From Chthoniobacterales bacterium (GTDB lineage: Bacteria; Verrucomicrobiota; Verrucomicrobiia; Chthoniobacterales; JACTMZ01), in the NCBI GenBank assembly GCA_044352715.1, contig JBILDG010000002.1:1-36708 (forward strand): 36,708 nt of DNA. The letters are read 5' to 3'. Both the position numbers and the translations under genes were made by a program. Under the pieces are notes generated by a model. It saw nothing but the letters and a program-made list of their open reading frames with translations, did no database searches and had not been told where the DNA came from. The stretch's first letter is position 1, and each line of letters begins with the position of its first letter. Positions 1-9,896 of the stretch are shown in pieces.

Positions 1-1761
1 TTTCTCCGCCGCGCATGGCAATCGCTCCTCAACCGTTCGGCCAACATGTTCACCCTCATCGCCACGGGAACGTTGGCTGCTTGGTTTTTCAGCATGGTGG
101 TGATTCTCGCGCCATCGTGGATCGGTTCGACCGCCATCTACTTCGAAGCGGCGGCTGTCATCATCACCCTTGTGCTGGCGGGACAGGTCATGGAGTTGCG
201 CGCGCGTCGCCGCACCGGACAAGCGTTGCGCGCGTTGATGGATCTCGCACCAGCCACGGCTTGGAAGGTTGTCGCCGATGGATCGACCGTTGAAGTCCCG
301 CTCGGGGAAGTGGTGACGGGAGATATTCTGCGGGTGCGTCCGGGCGACAAAGTGCCGGTGGACGGCGTCGTCACCACCGGTGAAAGCACGCTCGATGAAT
401 CCATGCTGACGGGCGAGTCCGCTCCGGTCGAAGTGCAACCCAGCCGCAAAGTGCGCGCGGGAACGATCAACCGCGTCGGCAGCTTCGATCTGCGCGCCGA
501 GGCGGTCGGGGCCGGCACGATGCTATCGCAAATTGTCGAGATGGTCGCACAAGCCCAGCGCGGACGCGCTCCCGTGCAGGACCTGGCTGATCGCGTGTCG
601 TCGATTTTTGTTCCCGCCGTGGTGGGGGTTGCGGTGATAACTTTTGCCGTGTGGTTGATTGTCACCGGATCATGGCCGATGGCGCTGACTGCATCCGTGT
701 CGGTTCTCATCATTGCCTGTCCGTGCGCGATCGGGCTGGCTGTGCCGATGTCGGTGATGGTCGGTGTCGGCCGGGCGGCACGTCATGGCGTGCTCGTGCG
801 TCAACCGGCGGCGCTCGAGCGTTTGGAAAAAATCGACACGCTCTGCGTGGATAAAACGGGAACATTGACCGAGGGCCGACCCGAGGTGATGCAGATCGTC
901 GCGGCAGAGGGGCAGGATGAAAAAACGTTGCTCTCTTTGGCGGCGGCTCTTGAGTCGCGAAGCGAGCATCCGCTCGGCCTTGCTGTTGTTCGGGCGGCGC
1001 AGGAGCGGGGCGTCAGTTGGCCCGAGGTGCAAAATTTCAACGCCACTCCGGGAGGCGGAGTTTCGGGTGAGGTGGAGGGACGCTCTGTGCGGGCGGGCGC
1101 ACCGGAGTTTACCGGCAGTGCCGAGGTTGTCGTGGCGGCAGCCGATGACCGCTCGCGGGTGGATCTCTCCGCCGATGGCGCGTGGTTGGGGACATTCATT
1201 CTCGAGGATGTGATCAAGCCTTCGGCACTGCAGACCCTTGAGCAGCTTCGCCGCCGGGGATTGCGTGTCGTCATGTTGACCGGAGACCGCGAGGGCGTGG
1301 CCCGTCTGGTTGCATTGGCTCTCGGCATTACGGAATTTCAAGCAGGGCTATCGCCGCAGGACAAAGCCACCGCCATTCAGTCCATGCAAACCAAAGGTCA
1401 CCACGTCTGCATGGCCGGCGATGGAGTGAATGATGCGCCCGCGCTGGCCTTGGCCGATACGAGTATTGCGATGGGCTTGGGCAGCGATGTGGCCAAGGAG
1501 ACGGCGGACTTCATTCTCGTGCAGGGTTCGCTCGAGGGCGTGGCACGCGCTTTTGCGCTGGGCACGGCGATCATGCGGAATATCCGGCAAAATCTTTTCC
1601 TCGCTTTCGCCTACAACACCCTCGGCATTCCTCTCGCGGCGGGCGTTCTTTATCCGCTCACGGGTTGGCTGCTGAGTCCGATGCTGGCCGGAGCCGCGAT
1701 GAGCCTCAGCTCGGTCTCGGTGATCGGGAACGCCTTGCGGTTGGCGCGCGCGAGGGCTTAG
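1..1761 (+). CDS. copA: Cu(I)/Ag(I)-exporting P1B-type ATPase; 5' end lies outside the window
   Basis: Frame 1 is open from nt 1 (FLRRAWQSLLNRSANMFTLIATG...), so the ORF-track start at 46 is internal. Motifs: CPC in TM6 (IIACPCAIGLAVP), DKTGTLT phosphorylation site, SEHPL, GDGVNDAP hinge. TM7 N-x6-YN-x4-P (NLFLAFAYNTLGIP) and TM8 M-x2-SS-x5-N (MSLSSVSVIGN) match the P1B-1 Cu+ signature. The N-terminal metal-binding domain is not in the window. Confidence 0.9.
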   Translation, partial: FLRRAWQSLLNRSANMFTLIATGTLAAWFFSMVVILAPSWIGSTAIYFEAAAVIITLVLAGQVMELRARRRTGQALRALMDLAPATAWKVVADGSTVEVPLGEVVTGDILRVRPGDKVPVDGVVTTGESTLDESMLTGESAPVEVQPSRKVRAGTINRVGSFDLRAEAVGAGTMLSQIVEMVAQAQRGRAPVQDLADRVSSIFVPAVVGVAVITFAVWLIVTGSWPMALTASVSVLIIACPCAIGLAVPMSVMVGVGRAARHGVLVRQPAALERLEKIDTLCVDKTGTLTEGRPEVMQIVAAEGQDEKTLLSLAAALESRSEHPLGLAVVRAAQERGVSWPEVQNFNATPGGGVSGEVEGRSVRAGAPEFTGSAEVVVAAADDRSRVDLSADGAWLGTFILEDVIKPSALQTLEQLRRRGLRVVMLTGDREGVARLVALALGITEFQAGLSPQDKATAIQSMQTKGHHVCMAGDGVNDAPALALADTSIAMGLGSDVAKETADFILVQGSLEGVARAFALGTAIMRNIRQNLFLAFAYNTLGIPLAAGVLYPLTGWLLSPMLAGAAMSLSSVSVIGNALRLARARA

Positions 1762-1769
1762 CTGGAGCC

Positions 1770-2555
1770 GTGAAATATCGCGCCGTCATCTTCGATCTCG
1801 ACGACACGCTCATTTGGGACGAGCGGATTTCACGGCAGGCGCTCATGGAAACCGCGCAGCGGGGCGCCGTTGCCACGGGTGCCGATGCGGGCCGTCTGGC
1901 CATGGCGGCGAAACACGCGGCGGATAAACTCTGGCACGCGCATGCCCCGGTTGAGCGCTGTGAACAACTCGGCATTGTCGCGTTCGAAGGTATGTGGGGA
2001 CACTTCCACGGCGAGGATGATTATTTGCGCCATTTGCGCGAGTGGGTTCCGCAGTTCCGCATGGAGGTGTGGGCGCGCGCGTTGGCGGCCGAAGGCATCG
2101 AGAATGAAAAGCTCTCCGCCGACCTCGGGGTTTTCTTCCAGAAAAGGCGGCGTGAGCTGCAGGATCGTTTGCCGGGCGCGGAGGAAATTTTGCACCGGCT
2201 GCAAAAAGCGGGAGTGCGTGTCGGACTGCTGACCAACGGGGCTCCCGATTTGCAGCGCGAGAAGATCGAGACTTCGGGACTCGGTATGTTTTTCGACGCG
2301 GCGGTTGTTTCCGGCGAGATCGGGACGGGCAAGCCCGCACCGGAGATTTTTCATCATTTGCTGGAACAGTTGGGCGTGGCGCCGGGGGAGGCGCTGATGG
2401 TGGGAAACTCTCTCTCGCGCGACATCATCGGCGGCAAGCGCGCCGGATTGCGCACGTGCTGGCTGGCGCTGGAGGGCGAAGATGAGCCGGTCGGTTTGGT
2501 CGAGCCGGATTACATCATCCACTCGCTCGGTGAACTTCCGGCGATCGTGCTTTAA
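1770..2555 (+). CDS. HAD-superfamily (subfamily IA-like) hydrolase/phosphatase
   Basis: Motif I VIFDLDDTL, motif II LLTNG, motif III GKPAPEIF, motif IV VGNSLSRDIIGGKRAG. The track ORF starts at 1665 inside copA. The in-frame GTG at 1770 lies just after the copA stop (1759-1761) and just before the DxDxT motif, so it is the more plausible start. Confidence 0.8.
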   Translation: MKYRAVIFDLDDTLIWDERISRQALMETAQRGAVATGADAGRLAMAAKHAADKLWHAHAPVERCEQLGIVAFEGMWGHFHGEDDYLRHLREWVPQFRMEVWARALAAEGIENEKLSADLGVFFQKRRRELQDRLPGAEEILHRLQKAGVRVGLLTNGAPDLQREKIETSGLGMFFDAAVVSGEIGTGKPAPEIFHHLLEQLGVAPGEALMVGNSLSRDIIGGKRAGLRTCWLALEGEDEPVGLVEPDYIIHSLGELPAIVL

Positions 2556-3217
2556 GGCAGAGCGACGGGCTGTTCGTCGGCCGGTAATTCCTGCGGATAT
2601 TCCGGCACAGGCACAAACTTCGCTGGGGGCTGCGGCATCGGTGGCGGCTGCAAGGGCCAGGTCGGTTCGACGCGCGATTGATAAAGCCCGGCCAAAGATT
2701 CTTTCTCCAACTTGTCCGCGTAATTTTTCAAGGACGCATCGGCGCGGCGGACTTTGTCGAAGAAAACCGTGTAGTATGCGCGGCGCGCGGCGCGGTAGTC
2801 CTCGGGTGTCGGCGCTGTCGCGGCTATTTCTTTGAGTTCGACCAGTCGCGGATCGCGATCGAGACCGGCTTTGATTTTGCGCAGACGGATGCGCATTTTG
2901 CGTTCGGCTTCCTGCGGGTCTTCCAGCAGCGGAACCCGCGCGGGAACTTGCGCCGAGCGCGGGGCATAGATGCCGGTGCCGGTTCCGAAAAGGTCTGTGC
3001 CGAAAATATTTTGTTCTCCCGGCAGACCGCCGTCCATCCGTGGCAACGGCTCCTCGCCGGGAGCCAACGCGGGCTCTTGGATGATGGTTTCTTCGGCATC
3101 GATGATCAGTTCGGCGCTGGGCTTGGTCTCCTCGGCCGGTTCCTCTTGGGCAAAGGCAATCCCGAGTGAGCTGACCACTAACGCAACCACGAGCAGGGCT
3201 GGCCGAAAACTTTCCAT
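2552..3217 (-). CDS. Hypothetical secreted protein (acidic, Pro-rich N- and C-terminal regions)
   Basis: ATG at 3217 gives MESFRPALLVVALVVSSLGIAFAQEE, a signal-peptide-like N-terminus (the track start at 3241 is a GTG 8 codons upstream). I recognise no family. The 3' end overlaps the HAD gene by 4 bp in convergent orientation. Confidence 0.5.
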   Translation of the reverse strand: MESFRPALLVVALVVSSLGIAFAQEEPAEETKPSAELIIDAEETIIQEPALAPGEEPLPRMDGGLPGEQNIFGTDLFGTGTGIYAPRSAQVPARVPLLEDPQEAERKMRIRLRKIKAGLDRDPRLVELKEIAATAPTPEDYRAARRAYYTVFFDKVRRADASLKNYADKLEKESLAGLYQSRVEPTWPLQPPPMPQPPAKFVPVPEYPQELPADEQPVALP

Positions 3218-3284
3218 GGCCAAAAAGTTAGCGCGGTGCACCTTGAAATGGAACCGCTTTCCGGTTCACATCAGCCCGCGTTTC

Positions 3285-4445
3285 ATGAAGGCCGCCCCAA
3301 ACAACATTGAAGCCCCGCTTGAGGCCGTGCTGGCCGACGGGGCGGAGGGGGCGATTTTCGACGGCAGCGGCTTTGGCGACCCGGTTTTGGTCGCCTGCGC
3401 GCCTGCTGAAATTCTCGAAGGAAGCTGGGATGACTGGGAAATGTTGGAGCGGGCGCTGTACGATGGACGTCGCCACCCGGGTGACGGCGGGCTGGCCGGG
3501 TGGTTCGATTATGCGGGGAGCTTCCGCTTCGGGGTTTTCCCCGAATGGCACGCAATATCGGCGAAGATTCCGGCCGCTGCGGCATCGGCTGTGGGCTTGG
3601 AATTTTCTCCCGGAATGGAATGCGCCGACTGGATGGCGCGAGTGCAAAAAGCCCGCGATTACATCGCGGCGGGCGACATTTACCAAGTCAACCTCACACA
3701 CACGATGACCGCTCCGTGGCGTGGGGACGCGGGGAGTTTTTACGGGCGGTTGCGCGAGGTCAGTCCCGCACCATTTTCCTGCTTCCTGCGACTCGGCGAC
3801 ACGGAAGTGCTCAGTGCCTCCCCGGAATGTTTTTTGAGCATCGACGGCCGGCGCATTGTCACGCGCCCGATCAAAGGGACGCGTCCGCGTTTGCCGCATC
3901 CGGCGGCCGACGCCAGCTCGGTCAGCGAGTTGCTCGCCTCGCCGAAAGAGCGCGCGGAATTGATCATGATCACCGACCTTGAGCGCAACGACCTCGGGCA
4001 GGTCTGCCAATATGGCAGCGTGCACGTCACCAGCTTGTGCGCGTTGGAGAGCTTCGCGCAGGTTCATCACCTGGTGTCGACTGTCGAGGGAGAGCTGCGG
4101 CCGGAAATCACGCCGGTGCAGGCCGTGCGCGCCTGCTATCCGGGCGGATCGATCACCGGCGCGCCGAAGAAACGTGCCCGGGAAATCATCGCCGAACTCG
4201 AGACTGTGCTGCGCGGCGTTTACACAGGGGCACTGGGATTTTTCCGCTGGGATGGACGTGCGGTTTTTAACATCGCCATCCGCACGTTGGTCATCCGCGA
4301 CGGGCACGCGAGCTACGGCGTCGGAGCGGGGATTGTGGCCGATTCCGACCCGGCTCTCGAGTACGAGGAGACTTTGCACAAAGCCGCCGGGCTTCGGGCG
4401 GCACTTTCCTCCGCAGCGCCGCAGGGAAAGATTCCCAAGACGTGA
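3285..4445 (+). CDS. pabB: Chorismate-utilising enzyme, aminodeoxychorismate synthase component I-like (TrpE/PabB family)
   Basis: Chorismate-binding domain motifs GDIYQVNLTH, ELIMITDLERNDLG, PGGSITGAPKKRAREIIAELE, RGVYTGALGF. The track ORF (from 2970) runs antisense into the neighbouring gene, so ATG 3285 (MKAAPNNIEAPLE) is the first non-overlapping start. PabB versus TrpE versus another family member cannot be settled by eye. Confidence 0.75.
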   Translation: MKAAPNNIEAPLEAVLADGAEGAIFDGSGFGDPVLVACAPAEILEGSWDDWEMLERALYDGRRHPGDGGLAGWFDYAGSFRFGVFPEWHAISAKIPAAAASAVGLEFSPGMECADWMARVQKARDYIAAGDIYQVNLTHTMTAPWRGDAGSFYGRLREVSPAPFSCFLRLGDTEVLSASPECFLSIDGRRIVTRPIKGTRPRLPHPAADASSVSELLASPKERAELIMITDLERNDLGQVCQYGSVHVTSLCALESFAQVHHLVSTVEGELRPEITPVQAVRACYPGGSITGAPKKRAREIIAELETVLRGVYTGALGFFRWDGRAVFNIAIRTLVIRDGHASYGVGAGIVADSDPALEYEETLHKAAGLRAALSSAAPQGKIPKT

Positions 4446-4466
4446 CGATCCGTGTTTGGTAGCACG

Positions 4467-5216
4467 ATGAAATCTGGTTTGGTGGCATTCGTGGTGTCTT
4501 TGCTCGTGACGGCGGGTGTTTTGCTGGGTGTTCGCATGGTCGCCGCGGGGCGCTTGCAGGAAACGTCTGCCGTTTTGCGGCAACTCGCGGGCGAATCGAT
4601 CGAAACAACAATCCGTGTGAAACAAACGATGGAGCTGCACGCGCAGATTGAAATTGTCGAGCCGACCGATATCGACCTCACCCTTGGTATCCGCGACCGC
4701 GTGCCGGTAAAAATGAATGTCAAAGTGGATGAAAAGCTCACCGTTCCCATCGATATCGATATCAACGAAATGATCGAGGTGGAGAGCGCCGCAATGACGG
4801 CCTCCACGACCAAAGTGCGAGCCAAGGCGGAGATCGATTTCGACCAACCGATCAAATGGAAAGTCGCATCGCCGGTCAGCCCGTTGATCAACATCAAGGG
4901 CAAAGTGCCGATCGATCATGAAATGGATATCACGTTTCCGTCGTCCCTGCGCGTCACCGGAAAAATCCCCGTGCGATTCCCGCTCAAGAAAGAACTTATC
5001 GTGCCGGTGAGCTTGGATATTCCGGTCGATCACATGATGGATCTGAATCTAGAGATAAAGCAGCAGGCTCTGGTGGGCTTTCCAAAGCCGCTCAAAATCA
5101 CCAGTCAGATACCGGTGGCGATCGACATTCCGGTGAAAATCCCCCTGCGGGAAACACCGATTGCCGGGGCCTTGGAAAAAGTGGCAGCCAGCCTCGAGGG
5201 GTTGCTGGTGCTTTGA
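4467..5216 (+). CDS. Hypothetical membrane-anchored protein with repeated [VI]P[VI] beta-strand-like motifs
   Basis: ATG 4467 gives MKSGLVAFVVSLLVTAGVLLGV, an N-terminal TM anchor (an alternative GTG lies at 4452). There are eight [VI]P[VI] motifs (RVPVKM, TVPIDI, KVPIDH, KIPVRF, IVPVSL, DIPVDH, QIPVAI, DIPVKI). I recognise no family. The gene looks more A/T-rich than its neighbours. Confidence 0.55.
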   Translation: MKSGLVAFVVSLLVTAGVLLGVRMVAAGRLQETSAVLRQLAGESIETTIRVKQTMELHAQIEIVEPTDIDLTLGIRDRVPVKMNVKVDEKLTVPIDIDINEMIEVESAAMTASTTKVRAKAEIDFDQPIKWKVASPVSPLINIKGKVPIDHEMDITFPSSLRVTGKIPVRFPLKKELIVPVSLDIPVDHMMDLNLEIKQQALVGFPKPLKITSQIPVAIDIPVKIPLRETPIAGALEKVAASLEGLLVL

Positions 5217-5220
5217 AAAA

Positions 5221-5295
5221 ATCGGGGCGACAGGATTTGAACCTGCGACCTCCTGGTCCCAAACCAGGCGCTCTACCAAGCTAAGCTACGCCCCG
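5221..5295 (-). tRNA. tRNA-Pro (anticodon UGG)
   Basis: The reverse complement reads CGGGGCG-TA-GCTT-AGCTTGGTA-GAGC-G-CCTGG-TTTGGGA-CCAGG-AGGTC-GCAGG-TTCAAAT-CCTGT-CGCCCCG-A. This is a clean cloverleaf with a 7-bp acceptor stem, a T-loop TTCAAAT and an anticodon loop TT-TGG-GA. CCA is not encoded. Confidence 0.95.
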
Positions 5296-5332
5296 TAATG
5301 ACTCATGCAATTTAGCGTGGATCAGTGGTTTG

Positions 5333-6616
<1,284 letters not shown>

Positions 6617-6720
6617 CAGGCGAAGCAAATCCTAACTACGGAAAGCTCCTAGGACACAGACGAAACTATTGCATGATGCAGTCGGACGCTGAGCCAGCGG
6701 ATCCTTTTGCGCTCCGGGGA

Positions 6721-6737
6721 TGTCACACGATTGTCAC
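6721..6737 (+). promoter_or_regulatory. Pho-box-like direct repeat (TGTCAC-N5-TGTCAC, 11-bp register) upstream of pit
   Basis: TGTCACacgatTGTCAC: the hexamer occurs at 6721-6726 and again at 6732-6737, 49-65 nt upstream of the preferred pit ATG (6786). The E. coli PhoB box is a pair of CTGTCAT-type 7-mers in 11-bp register. Confidence 0.35.
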
Positions 6738-6785
6738 GACCGCACGCTTGTGTATGTGGTCGAGGGACGATTGATTGACCTGATT

Positions 6786-8285
6786 ATGGATCTTCTTGCC
6801 ACCGTGGTGACCGACCCGATGACTTTCACCTATGTCTTGTTGGTGCTCGCCGTGGGCTTGGCGCTGTGTTTCGAATTCGTGAATGGTTTCCACGACACGG
6901 CCAATGCGGTGGCCACGGTCATCTACACGCATACGCTCAAGCCCACCCCGGCGGTGGTGTGGTCGGGCATTTGGAACCTCATCGGCGTGCTCTCGGCCTC
7001 GGGTGCGGTGGCCTTTGGTATCGTGGCCCTCTTGCCGGTCGAGTTGGTCATCAACATCGGCTCGGCCGCCGGTTTTGCCATGGTTTTTTCGCTCTTGGTT
7101 TCGGCCATCGTGTGGAATGTCGGCACGTGGTATCTGGGACTTCCGGCCTCAAGTTCGCACACGCTTATCGGATCCATTCTCGGCGTCGGTTTGGCCAACG
7201 CCTTGATCGGCCCAGCGCATTCGGTGACCGATGGTGTTAACTGGGCCAAGGCTCAGGAAGTCGGTCTGGGCTTGCTCATTTCTCCGGTCATCGGGTTCGT
7301 CGCGGCGGCGATGCTTTTGATTCTGTTGAAAATTCTCGTCAAAAAACCCGAGCTTTATCAGGCGCCCAAAGGCAAGGCCCCTCCACCTTGGTGGATTCGC
7401 ATCATCCTCATGGTCACCTGCACCGGGGTGAGTTTTGCCCACGGATCGAATGACGGACAAAAAGGGATGGGCCTGATCGTGCTCATTTTGGTGGGAATTC
7501 TTCCCGGCACCTATGCGCTGAAAATGTCCGCCGATCATGAGACGGTCACCGGAGTGGCCGCCGAGGCGGCGCAGCTTTCTGGCATTTTTTCGGAGGAGGC
7601 CAACGGGTCCGTTCTCACCGGGAGTGAGGCCAATGAGACTCTGGCGGCGTTCCTCAAACCCAGCGGCAAACCCTCGCCGGAGGTGTTCGGTGCCTTGGCC
7701 GGCATGACGGCCGATGTCAGCGTACGCCTGAAAAATGCCGAGACTTTCCAGGCACTTCCCGCCTCCGAGCGCGGCGATGTGCGCACGGATCTTTACCTGG
7801 TTTCCAAAACAATCGCCAAACTCGACAAGGCCGGTCGCCTAGACATGGATCCAGAAGTGCGCGCAGCCGAGCAGGCTTTGGGAAAACATGCCGATGCTTT
7901 GACCAACTACATTCCGGATTGGGTGAAATACGCCGTGGCCCTCTCACTCGGTCTGGGCACCATGATTGGCTACAAGCGAATCGTCAAAACTGTCGGTGAA
8001 AAGATCGGCAAAGACCATCTCACTTACGGCCAAGGAGCTTCGGCCGAGGCGGTGGCCATGGGTACGATTCTGTTGGCCGACCACTACGGTTTGCCGGTCA
8101 GCACCACCCACGTGCTTTCCTCCGGCATCGCCGGAACCATGGCCGCCAACAACTCCGGTCTGCAAATGGCCACGGTGCGCAACATTCTCATGGCTTGGGT
8201 GCTCACCTTGCCGGTTTGTATTTTTCTCGGCGCGTTGCTCTTTGCCGGGGCTTTGAACGCTCTCGCGTTGCTTGGTTTGGGTTAA
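6786..8285 (+). CDS. pit: Inorganic phosphate transporter, PiT family
   Basis: PHO4/PiT signatures FVNGFHDTANAVATVIYT near the N-terminus, GSNDGQKGMGLI, and a second repeat HVLSSGIAGTMAA, with a large central hydrophilic loop. ATG 6786 places GFHDTAN about 34 aa from the start, as in E. coli PitA. An upstream ATG at 6720 is possible but would put the repeat element inside the coding sequence. Confidence 0.85.
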   Translation: MDLLATVVTDPMTFTYVLLVLAVGLALCFEFVNGFHDTANAVATVIYTHTLKPTPAVVWSGIWNLIGVLSASGAVAFGIVALLPVELVINIGSAAGFAMVFSLLVSAIVWNVGTWYLGLPASSSHTLIGSILGVGLANALIGPAHSVTDGVNWAKAQEVGLGLLISPVIGFVAAAMLLILLKILVKKPELYQAPKGKAPPPWWIRIILMVTCTGVSFAHGSNDGQKGMGLIVLILVGILPGTYALKMSADHETVTGVAAEAAQLSGIFSEEANGSVLTGSEANETLAAFLKPSGKPSPEVFGALAGMTADVSVRLKNAETFQALPASERGDVRTDLYLVSKTIAKLDKAGRLDMDPEVRAAEQALGKHADALTNYIPDWVKYAVALSLGLGTMIGYKRIVKTVGEKIGKDHLTYGQGASAEAVAMGTILLADHYGLPVSTTHVLSSGIAGTMAANNSGLQMATVRNILMAWVLTLPVCIFLGALLFAGALNALALLGLG

Positions 8286-8296
8286 AACTCCGGGGC

Positions 8297-9745
8297 ATGA
8301 AGCGATGCCTTTGCCTTCTGCTGGTTTTTTGGGCGACTCTATCCGTTGCCGAAGAGCCCATGCCAATGGTGACCGCCGCGCAAGAGGCGCAGGCCAACCC
8401 GATCTTTGTCCGCAACCCGGAAGACATCACCTCCGGACAGATTCTGGCGGGAACGGCCGGAACGGCAGGCGGGCAACGTCGGCTGCTGCGCCAGAGAATG
8501 GGAGATGCTTTCGAGGATTGGTGGGATGGGCCTCATATGTTGGGTGGCGACGGCAATCGCTTCGGCCCGAACCGCCGGAAATGGCTCAAGGATCGCGGAT
8601 TTCTCTTCGAGGGCAATTACCAGGGGGCATATTTCGGCGTGGTGTCCAGCGAGAGTGGTTCCCGCGGGTTTTGGGACGGACAGTTGAATTTTTCCGGACA
8701 GTTCAACTTGGGCGATGCGTTCGACAACGATAATTTACGCGGCGTGCAACTATTCGGCGCCGGTCGTTACCGCAGCAATTGGGAGGAATCGAATCCGAAC
8801 AACTTCGTCCTCGCGCAGAGCATGTTCAATCCGACCAACTGGCAATCCGGCACGCAGTGGCGTCTGCTCAACTTCGGGCTCTTGCTCGACAGCGGGAAGA
8901 TGTTGCCGGTCGAGCACATGCTTAACTTGAAACTCGGCTGGTTGCAGCCCCAGCGTGAATTTGCCGACCAACCGCTGAGCAAACTTTTTCTCAACAACGC
9001 GGTGAACAGCGCCAAGGGGCTCGGCGGGAATATCCCGTTCTCCTCGAGCGAGTCGACGTGGGGAGGTTCGCTCAATGTCCGACCGCACGATGATTTTTAC
9101 CTGAAAAACGCACTCTTCATGACTTACCCGAACCCCACGGCCACGTCGAACCACGGTCTCATGTTCCAAGGGTCCTTAAATCCGTCGCATAACGGCCTTT
9201 GGTATATGGGCGAAGGCGGGTGGACCCCTACCCTAGGTCCCGAAAAACTTCCGGGAAAATTTGCCTTCGGTGGATACTATTATGGAACGCCCGACGGTCA
9301 GGCAACGTGGAGCGGAACCACGGTGAGCGGCCGATACGGGTTCTATGCACAAGCCGACCAGATGCTTTACCGCGAGCCGTCGCCCGGGCCGGCTGAGGAT
9401 CTCACGCCCGAAGGGTTGAAAACTTTCAACCTTGTTTATTTCACCACCAGTGAGACCCAAGCCGATGTTTACCCCTTCTATTTTCAAAGCGGTCTGGCTT
9501 ACACCGGACTTTTGCCTCAGCGCGACCTCGACATCACGATGATCGCGCTCGGGTGCGGGGTTTACAGCCAAGCCGATGCTGCCCCGGACCGCAGCCAGAC
9601 AGCCGTGATCGAAGGTGCTTACCGCTGGCAGGTCAACGGCTGGATGTATGCCCAACCTTTCTTCCAGTATTTCTCGCGACCCAATGGAACCCCGAATGTA
9701 GCCAATGCCGCCATCCTCGGCATCTCGATGGGAGCCGTGTTTTGA
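8297..9745 (+). CDS. Outer-membrane porin, OprB (carbohydrate-selective porin) family
   Basis: Signal peptide MKRCLCLLLVFWATLSVAEEP. OprB-like N-terminal segment WDGPHMLGGDGNRFGPNRRKWLKDRGFLFEGNYQGAYFGV. The protein is aromatic/Gly-rich with an alternating pattern and ends in a C-terminal Phe (MGAVF), typical of beta-barrels. It starts 11 nt after the pit stop. Confidence 0.7.
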   Translation: MKRCLCLLLVFWATLSVAEEPMPMVTAAQEAQANPIFVRNPEDITSGQILAGTAGTAGGQRRLLRQRMGDAFEDWWDGPHMLGGDGNRFGPNRRKWLKDRGFLFEGNYQGAYFGVVSSESGSRGFWDGQLNFSGQFNLGDAFDNDNLRGVQLFGAGRYRSNWEESNPNNFVLAQSMFNPTNWQSGTQWRLLNFGLLLDSGKMLPVEHMLNLKLGWLQPQREFADQPLSKLFLNNAVNSAKGLGGNIPFSSSESTWGGSLNVRPHDDFYLKNALFMTYPNPTATSNHGLMFQGSLNPSHNGLWYMGEGGWTPTLGPEKLPGKFAFGGYYYGTPDGQATWSGTTVSGRYGFYAQADQMLYREPSPGPAEDLTPEGLKTFNLVYFTTSETQADVYPFYFQSGLAYTGLLPQRDLDITMIALGCGVYSQADAAPDRSQTAVIEGAYRWQVNGWMYAQPFFQYFSRPNGTPNVANAAILGISMGAVF

Positions 9746-9896
9746 TTCTGAATTAAAGGGGTCAGTCCTTGCCTACGGGCATTTAGAACTTCGGTATTCG
9801 CCGCAACAAATGTGTTGAGGTCAGCGGCGCTGCGTCTGGGGAGAAAGTTGCGCTAATGTCTAGCAATTCCTCGCGTTGCCCGGCGGTCCGCCTTGC

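Noticed and set aside
3228-5033. 601-aa ORF on the minus strand
   Set aside because: It lies antisense to the motif-supported pabB-like gene and the repeat protein. The translation is dominated by R, H, D and F with no recognisable motifs. Long stop-free antisense frames are expected in high-GC DNA.
5217-5332. tRNA-Pro as a genomic-island integration site
   Set aside because: There is no integrase, no duplicated tRNA 3'-end repeat and no mobile genes on either side. The flanking genes are ordinary, although the adjacent repeat-protein gene is somewhat A/T-rich.
9746-9896. 151-bp convergent spacer between the porin and the 3D lipoprotein as a possible sRNA or terminator
   Set aside because: I found only weak 4-bp palindromes, with no convincing stem-loop plus U-tract and no conserved RNA motif that I could recognise.
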